DNA from: an uncultured virus (IMG/VR IMGVR_UViG_3300042505_001397)
Lineage: Duplodnaviria > Heunggongvirae > Uroviricota > Caudoviricetes
DNA length: 64,000 bases
Reading direction: 5' to 3' (one strand)
IMG/VR virus record: IMGVR_UViG_3300042505_001397
Part shown: piece by piece, positions 57,539-64,000 of the stretch
Position numbering within the stretch: position 1 is the first letter of the stretch
How the letters are laid out: each line of letters starts with the position of its first letter
Made by a program: the position numbers and the translations under genes
The notes under the pieces: generated by a model
What the model saw: only the letters and a program-made list of their open reading frames with translations
The model's database searches: none
What the model was told of the DNA's origin: nothing

Positions 57539-57844
57539 TTATTGGATTTGATTTTGGATGTACAATGCTTGTTTCAGTAAGTAGCCTTCTAAAGGCCATA
57601 CTTTCTTGACGGCATCTGCTTTTGAATATTTTCTTCCAAGTTCTGCTCTGAAATTTGCAGGATCAGCGCAAGCCGACTCACCTCTCACGGTGAAACCATT
57701 TTGCAGTGTCAAAATACAAATTGTCAAGGTACCGCCTTCGTGATATAGATACTCTTCTTTCACGATTTTCTTTGCAATACTTTCTTCAGTGACTCTGTTG
57801 TCATTTAATCCAAAGTCTTTTGCATCTTTTTCGAAATCACTCAT
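57539..57844 (-). CDS. phage gp49/66-like protein
   Basis: TLTICILTLQNGFTVRGESACADPANF..ELG...WPLEGYLLK. Confidence 0.8.
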   Translation of the reverse strand: MSDFEKDAKDFGLNDNRVTEESIAKKIVKEEYLYHEGGTLTICILTLQNGFTVRGESACADPANFRAELGRKYSKADAVKKVWPLEGYLLKQALYIQNQIQ

Positions 57845-57856
57845 TTTATTTTTCCT

Positions 57857-58744
57857 TTATTTAATTGGGCAAATGCCACTTGCACATTCATCATTTGACT
57901 CGTAATCAATGTTTCCGGTCAGTGATGAGATGATTTTTGTTTCACTCACAAGGTCATTGAATTGTTCTTCTGTAATCTCTTCATAAGGAGCTTGAGCGAA
58001 CCCATGATCGGAATGCAATAAGAATGACAATGATTTGTGATTATGCTTGTAGTTTTCTTTTAGATATTGTTTGATATCTTCAAGCTCTTCTTTGCGATAA
58101 TACACTGTACAGCTCACGCTGTTGTCGGACCAGATTGTTTGAAGCTTCTTAATCATTTTCAACTGATCAATTGCAGTCATGTCTTTGGCCAACACGGTGC
58201 CTTCTGGATAACTGAAAGGAAATGTCACCACCACTGTGTTATAATCTTCAGAACCATCAAAGTTCTTCACGAATTCCACGGGATAGCCATTTTCCTTGCA
58301 CACACCTACCAAAGGATGTGATGCAGCAATACGTATTCTTCTGTACATATACTGAGCATATGCAGGATGAATACCTGGAGTCACGCCTGGAAGTAGTGAC
58401 AGTGTGCCTGATGGTTTAACGGTGGTCAGCTTAATTGACCGATTCATGTTGTTTTCTTCCGAATATTCTTCATCAAATATTCTCAAGAACTCATAACATT
58501 CATCCAGCCATTCAATTTGCTCTTCAGTTGCTTGAAGAATACCCGTGACACCGATGCCCATTCTCATGTTCTTGTGAACAATGTGCTCTGTTTCTCTGTT
58601 GTGAGAAGGTAGAAGCAATGAATGTTTGTTAATGCGATATAGCAATTGAGCCACATCAAACAACTCTTCTTTCGACTCAATATTTGGTAAAAAGATTTCT
58701 GCCAAACAGCATGTTTCAAAATTTACCAATGATTGCTCTGCACA
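57857..58744 (-). CDS. nrdJ: class II (AdoCbl) ribonucleotide reductase, exon 2
   Basis: CAEQSL, TCCLAEI, RMGIG.TG, TTVKPSGT.S, SDNSVSCT, C-terminal C..G.CP. Confidence 0.9.
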   Translation of the reverse strand, partial: CAEQSLVNFETCCLAEIFLPNIESKEELFDVAQLLYRINKHSLLLPSHNRETEHIVHKNMRMGIGVTGILQATEEQIEWLDECYEFLRIFDEEYSEENNMNRSIKLTTVKPSGTLSLLPGVTPGIHPAYAQYMYRRIRIAASHPLVGVCKENGYPVEFVKNFDGSEDYNTVVVTFPFSYPEGTVLAKDMTAIDQLKMIKKLQTIWSDNSVSCTVYYRKEELEDIKQYLKENYKHNHKSLSFLLHSDHGFAQAPYEEITEEQFNDLVSETKIISSLTGNIDYESNDECASGICPIK

Positions 58745-59567
58745 CATTTTGTTACTCGATAAATCGAGGGTTGAATATTTCTATCAACCTCTATATATTA
58801 CTATATAGTTCAGACTATATCATCATCCATCTCTGGAGCTTATCGTCCGATTTTATAATAAAAGCTTTCAAATATAAAAGGATGAACAAGTGCTTCAAAC
58901 TGTTTGTTAAAATGTTTTGGAAGCGTCAATCCATATTTATTTGTGGCTTGCTTTTCCACATTAAATTGGATGTTTAGTTTTTCTTTTATAGCGCCCGCTA
59001 ACTGATAATTATCACCATAACTAAATCCGTTTGTATGCAATCTATAAAGAGGACTTTCCTCACCAGATGCTAAGATTATCTTTTTTCTGCTACCATCTGC
59101 CATTAATATTATGGCCAAGGCTTCTGCATCTAAAAGTGTTAGCATATGAGGTTCTATTACTTTTTTACCTTCTAAATAAATTCTGTTTCGTATTTTAGTT
59201 AATTTAGGGTGCGCTTTAGATTGTACACGAATTTGTTGTCGTCTATTACAACCATCATGTATATTCAAAGCTGGTTCCCAAATTTTATAGCCTATTTCAG
59301 CTGCTTCTAAAGTAAGAGCTACTTCATGTATGTAATCACTATTTTCCTTTATCATTGTGACTGATAGTCGGGAATTGTGGTTTTCACCCCGTTTATCTAA
59401 GTATCCATCAAATGTTGAAAAGTAATATAATCTCTTACTAATGTCTTTATTATTAATCATAGTCGTTGCACCTCTTTAATTAAAGTTGGCACAGGATTGC
59501 CTAATAGGTTTCCCTGTTTTTAGATAAGTTTTCTATACTAATTACTCAGTATAGCCCCAATGCATTT
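58745..59567 (-). mobile_element. group I intron (823 nt) in nrdJ
   Basis: removal joins NP to CAE; exon ends in U and intron ends in G; P1 CCCU/GGGG; P3 CTTATC/GATAAG; P7 GACTA/TAGTC. Confidence 0.9.
58840..59460 (-). CDS. intron-encoded LAGLIDADG homing endonuclease
   Basis: two motifs YYFSTFDG and LAIILMADG; LHTNGFS. Confidence 0.82.
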   Translation of the reverse strand: MINNKDISKRLYYFSTFDGYLDKRGENHNSRLSVTMIKENSDYIHEVALTLEAAEIGYKIWEPALNIHDGCNRRQQIRVQSKAHPKLTKIRNRIYLEGKKVIEPHMLTLLDAEALAIILMADGSRKKIILASGEESPLYRLHTNGFSYGDNYQLAGAIKEKLNIQFNVEKQATNKYGLTLPKHFNKQFEALVHPFIFESFYYKIGR

Positions 59568-60608
59568 AGGGTTATAACCTTCTACGTCTGGATCTGGGTA
59601 CTCAAATTCTCCAAGTCTACCCATTTTACGTGAAAGATTCAGGTTAATAAGGCCATAGGGTTCAGAACCTCCTTCATAACCTCTCCAGAAATACTCATGC
59701 AAGTCATCGATATCATCACATATTACACTGTTATTGCTCATTGCACGATATGATGGTATATTTCCCATGCTCCAGTTTTTCGCCAGTAAATACTCAACGT
59801 CATCGGGATCACCAATTGCAATTTGAGCACTTCTACGGACGTTACCTGCAACAATGATTGCGCCAATGATATTCATCATGTCCAATGCATCGACGGGTCT
59901 TATTTGTTTACCTCGTTTCTTTTCAAGTATTTTAGATATTTCCCCAATGCCCCAACATAGGTCTTCTGGCCCACTTGCAACGCCTCCAAAGCCCTTGATA
60001 GGTGTGCCTTTACCTCTAATCGCTTGCGTTGAATATGTGAATGTTCCATTGTCCTCTGTCTCACTCAAAAATGCCGATTTCAAAACTTTGCCCAAGAACT
60101 TTACCCAACCTTCTCTTGAGTCAGGGATGATGAAATCTGCACCACCGTTGTCAATTCTTGTCGGAGCTTTGAACCACTCTTTGACTGCAGGCAATTTCTC
60201 CACATTCTTTCTCTGAATGTTGAAACCCACTCCACTTCCAAGAGCCAACATGTCCATTGCCCATGTGAATGGTCTCACTGGATTGTCGATGGTCACAAAA
60301 GCACAATTTTGCAATGAAGCCAACCCATACCTGTTCACGGTTGCTGTACCAGCTTGCCACCAATAGCGACCTGCTACAGAGCCTTTTAAACCCAATAAAT
60401 GTGAAGCCAGTCGATATTCTTCGTCCTTGGTAAATCCACAGCCAAATTGTTCATCACACGCATTGATCACACGCAGCACTGTGTCAGGAAACTCTTCAGT
60501 TTCTTCTGAGACCTCATTGAGCTTTCTTGCATAAGTTCTTTTGTAAGTCAAGTATCCAACCGTTGACCACGGGGTTTCAATCTTCGGCAATTCTTCTTTT
60601 GTCAACAT
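59568..60608 (-). CDS. nrdJ: class II (AdoCbl) ribonucleotide reductase, exon 1
   Basis: YKRTYAR, AGR..W, LQNC, GSGVGF, DSREGW, IKGFGG.ASGP, GNVRRSA, GYNP. Confidence 0.9.
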
Positions 60609-60619
60609 TTTTGTTCCTT

Positions 60620-62242
60620 TTAGTTAATAGAAGTGAAGTCATCTTCATTTGGAGCCTCAATCATTCTTCCAGTTTCATGTACGTAAAACAAATCTCCACA
60701 TGGACCAGTTTGACCTGTTGTACGCGCCTTAAGTACAGAAGTGTGTACTGTGTTTCTTTCATTCTCGGTCTCGGCAGCCATATTTCTTGCAAAGGCTATG
60801 ATGTCATAACTAATTTGTTTAATAGAGCCTGAACCTTTAATATCATCCAACGATGGTAATCTACCTTCCTCAAATGATCTACCACCGCTTGGAGCTTTTC
60901 TCAAATGAGATACCAAGCCAATCCACACAGGATGTTTCTGAACAATTCTTGATAAATCATTCATCATCTTATCTTGTGCCTCATTGCCTGTCAAATCCGC
61001 GACACCTTCAGAAACCAAGATTGTTATGTGATCTATGAATACATATCTGCAGCCAACTAAGCACATATAAACAATCTTGTCCAGAATCGAGCCATCCGTG
61101 AAGTTGCCTTCATGGTTAAGAAGCACGACTCTGTTATTACCGAAGACCTCATCAAAACCCTCTCGCAGTTCTTCCAATGGTATTTCTTCGTTTTCAGGGT
61201 TTCTGCTGATTGCCATACTGGCAAGCTTAGAACCTGTTTCAGCAGGTGTCTCTTCCAACGATATGATGCCAATTTTATCTTCTGTTATGGCTAAGTCATT
61301 TAACATTATCTCCCTTAATAGTGTTGATTTACCCGATCCTGTACCGGATATAAATAAGGTTATCTCATTTAGCCTTTGACCCTTAAGCTTCTTATTTATC
61401 CTGGCCATACATACAGGGTATGGTGTTGCAGGTATTTTATTACGCTCTTCGATAGCCTTCCAGATCTCATCTGGGGTTATGATCCCAGACGGTACATATG
61501 GTGCTGCATCAAATATGACTTGTAATAACTTATTACCGCCCAGTTCAAGAAGAATTTTGTTCGGATCCTTGAGCGGTAACTTGGCTATTTTGACTTTGTC
61601 GATGCCAATGATCTTGATCGCCTCTTCAGTGGCTTTTTGACCAGCTTCGTCAGAATCAAGACACAACACGACTTCATTGAAAGACCTGATCCAATCACGA
61701 TGTTCAATCAGGGACTTAGACATAACTGCAGATGACATGCCGACCACTGGATAAATCTTTTTGTATTTATCCAGGGAAGCTTGTGCAACAGACATTGCAT
61801 CAATTTCACCTTCCGTGATTATGAGTCTTCGACCCGCACCGTTGAATTTGTCTCTGCCGAATAAGTCATCAGATTTATTTACCCAACTGAATGCCTTTGG
61901 AAGCTTACGTATTTTGTAAGCTCTGTCTTTGTCATATGGATAATAATGGGTGTCAATCTCACCGTTTTCTCCGTATGCAACCTTGACTCCAAAGAATTCC
62001 GTCACATCTTTTGAAATGTCACGCTCGGCAAAGCCTCTACACGGAAGCTCTTTTATGTCATCAATTGTCAACTTTTTTGAATATTCTTTCTTGTGTTCCA
62101 CATAATCCTCATGATCTTGCCTTGGAAAGAATGATTGGCAAGAGAAGCAGAAAGAAGTGCCGTCTTCATATATCTGACGAGCATCTGACGATCCACAACT
62201 CTTACTCAAACAAGGTTGATCTTTTACGACCACCTTACCCAT
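60620..62242 (-). CDS. primase-helicase (T7 gp4-like)
   Basis: Zn finger C..CGSSD..CFSC, TOPRIM TEGEIDA and DSDEAG, Walker A GTGSGKST, IDH, VSHLRK, GSGSIKQ. Confidence 0.93.
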   Translation of the reverse strand: MGKVVVKDQPCLSKSCGSSDARQIYEDGTSFCFSCQSFFPRQDHEDYVEHKKEYSKKLTIDDIKELPCRGFAERDISKDVTEFFGVKVAYGENGEIDTHYYPYDKDRAYKIRKLPKAFSWVNKSDDLFGRDKFNGAGRRLIITEGEIDAMSVAQASLDKYKKIYPVVGMSSAVMSKSLIEHRDWIRSFNEVVLCLDSDEAGQKATEEAIKIIGIDKVKIAKLPLKDPNKILLELGGNKLLQVIFDAAPYVPSGIITPDEIWKAIEERNKIPATPYPVCMARINKKLKGQRLNEITLFISGTGSGKSTLLREIMLNDLAITEDKIGIISLEETPAETGSKLASMAISRNPENEEIPLEELREGFDEVFGNNRVVLLNHEGNFTDGSILDKIVYMCLVGCRYVFIDHITILVSEGVADLTGNEAQDKMMNDLSRIVQKHPVWIGLVSHLRKAPSGGRSFEEGRLPSLDDIKGSGSIKQISYDIIAFARNMAAETENERNTVHTSVLKARTTGQTGPCGDLFYVHETGRMIEAPNEDDFTSIN

Positions 62243-62455
62243 TTATCTGATGCCTTTTCTTTCATAATTTTTATCAAGCACTGCCAACAGAAATTTTATG
62301 ATGCAGCCATAAAGCACAACAAGCCCTATATAATCTTGTGTACCATACTCCACTAGCGCATACAAATGTTCTCCCATTTTATATAAAGTATGTAATAACA
62401 AGCCAACAAATCCTAGCACTGACAAAGATGTTGCAGTAATCAAGTGTTTTTTCAT
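62243..62455 (-). CDS. small membrane protein
   Basis: two hydrophobic segments; AGGAG RBS. Confidence 0.6.
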   Translation of the reverse strand: MKKHLITATSLSVLGFVGLLLHTLYKMGEHLYALVEYGTQDYIGLVVLYGCIIKFLLAVLDKNYERKGIR

Positions 62456-62456
62456 T

Positions 62457-62927
62457 TTATATTTCTCCTTTGAAATCGCCCCAAGACAGGGCTTTGTTTA
62501 AACGTTCTTTATGTCTTTCGGTTATATTTTCACTCACATTCCAAGAAATCTTTTCGATACGTTTATTGTACCATTCCTTCTTGGTGGGTGCTTCCACGTG
62601 GCACAGAGACCATGTTTCTGCGTATGAAAGTGCTCCTTTGGCTTTGTATTGCTCTATGCAAATGAACTCAAAATCAGTCTTTGGTCTTTCGGCCAACATC
62701 TCTGAGATTGAATTACTTGAAGAACAATATGTTTTCCAATTTGATTCTTGACCTTTATTCAGTTTGCCCGAACCTTTAAAAAGTTTCTTTCCAAGGTAAA
62801 AGCGTTTCATGTAAGGATCCCGAATCACATATATGAAACCCGAATAAGCATCTTTGTCCATCGGCTCTTCAAAATGCCAGTGTCCATTTCTGCTCAACGG
62901 TTTCACAATCACTTTAGGAATCACCAT
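62457..62927 (-). CDS. GIY-YIG-like nuclease
   Basis: GFIYVI...FYLGKK, conserved E and WYN. Confidence 0.6.
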   Translation of the reverse strand: MVIPKVIVKPLSRNGHWHFEEPMDKDAYSGFIYVIRDPYMKRFYLGKKLFKGSGKLNKGQESNWKTYCSSSNSISEMLAERPKTDFEFICIEQYKAKGALSYAETWSLCHVEAPTKKEWYNKRIEKISWNVSENITERHKERLNKALSWGDFKGEI

Positions 62928-63771
62928 TTATGCTCCTAATAATATCCCAATGTGAACAACAGAAATAGTCGTTCATGTCTTTTTGCAGATACAACATTTT
63001 GCCGTTTGCCAACAAATACTCAAGCCATTCGTCTCCGTAGGCTTTCATGTATTCTTCCACAACCACATACTGAAATTCGTCTTCAATTGAAACATCAGCA
63101 AGCAATCTTTTAGCTTTCACGTCACCAACACGCGGAATGCCAGGAATATTGTCAGTTGGATCACCTTTCAAAAGTTGTTCATAAAATAGTCTGTGAGCAT
63201 CTTCTTCAGAAACTTCCGTCAATTCCTGTTTCTTCATGTTGTAATGCTTCCCTGGAATACAACGAAGATCCTTGTCTATGGAGCATATGATGAAGTCTAT
63301 GCCTTTTGAGCGTGCTTCTTCAGCCCAGATCCTCATGAGATCATCGGCCTCTCTACCATGTGCTTCCACAGCAAGTTCTTCGTGTACCAAAAGTTTCCTA
63401 AGTATAGGGACAAAACTATTCTGTTTGTTTGGGTCTTTGTGGCGATTCATTTTGTAACCTTCATACATCAGATTCCTAAAATTGTCTTCGCCCTTTACCC
63501 CCATCAAAACATCTGTTGCGTAAAATCTGTCGCAAAGCTCTTGAAAGTCTTTTTTGACATTTTCTAAACATTCTCTCAAATACTTTGCATCTTCCTCCTT
63601 TGTGTATTCAAGAGCCTTTCTTTTACCATCTTCGTCAAGTTCAATAATCGGCACTTCTTGCTCTTCACCGTCCAATGACGTGACTGTTTGATATTGAACC
63701 TTAGTTTGCCACCTTGCCTTACATGCTTGGTAGCAAAGCACGTCTCCATCAATTATCAGAAGGATACTCAT
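62914..63771 (-). CDS. 5'-3' exonuclease (T7 gp6/FEN-like)
   Basis: IIDGD, NFR...YK.NR, EADD, DKDL, GDPTDNIPG. Confidence 0.9.
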   Translation of the reverse strand: MSILLIIDGDVLCYQACKARWQTKVQYQTVTSLDGEEQEVPIIELDEDGKRKALEYTKEEDAKYLRECLENVKKDFQELCDRFYATDVLMGVKGEDNFRNLMYEGYKMNRHKDPNKQNSFVPILRKLLVHEELAVEAHGREADDLMRIWAEEARSKGIDFIICSIDKDLRCIPGKHYNMKKQELTEVSEEDAHRLFYEQLLKGDPTDNIPGIPRVGDVKAKRLLADVSIEDEFQYVVVEEYMKAYGDEWLEYLLANGKMLYLQKDMNDYFCCSHWDIIRSINGDS

Positions 63772-64000
63772 CAACGACTCCAAAAAGCTTTATCATAAAC
63801 TTCTAGCAAATCTTCATTCGATAATTTTTCTAAAGAGACCTCTTCGGATTCAATAAGACCGTTATCAACTCTGGTTTGCCACCAATGACTACCTAAGATC
63901 ATTTCTATTATCAGAGATCTCATCCAATGCTCCCAATTCAACTGAGGTTTCCATGTAACGTAAGGTTCTGTCTATCTTTTCTGCCATTCGATCGGGATAA

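Noticed and set aside
57857..60608. nrdJ split by an intein or a free-standing endonuclease
   Set aside because: There is an in-frame stop after exon 1, no intein termini, and clear group I RNA elements
1157..63567. All plus-strand ORFs in the track
   Set aside because: They are antisense shadows of well-supported minus-strand genes, with no recognisable motifs

Overview
This window is 64 kb of a lytic tailed dsDNA phage genome (siphovirus-type long tail, AT-rich). Every credible gene is on the minus strand. Reading right to left: T7-like replication and nucleotide genes (5'-3' exonuclease, GIY-YIG-like protein, primase-helicase, class II ribonucleotide reductase, ATP-dependent ligase, nucleotidyltransferase-like protein, DHH phosphoesterase); small accessory ORFs with an expanded repeat-domain family; terminase, a fibre module, endolysin, portal; head and tail genes (about 3250-aa tape measure, GGGAAG-type -1 frameshift site GGGAAAG in the tail chaperone); holin; more small ORFs. 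The most notable system sits between portal and scaffold. It is one gene encoding a MuF/SPP1-gp7 head-morphogenesis domain fused to a T7-type single-subunit RNA polymerase (1555 aa after splicing). A group I intron carrying an HNH endonuclease splits it inside polymerase motif B. Four identical 16-bp motifs (CCCGTTAAATTAACCC, minus strand) precede gene blocks and are candidate cognate promoters. A second, related group I intron with a LAGLIDADG endonuclease splits nrdJ at its catalytic NP/CAE motif. A repeated pseudoknot-like RNA motif occurs twice. All calls are by eye from motifs; no database searches were run. Some start codons were moved from the ORF track to a more plausible ATG.
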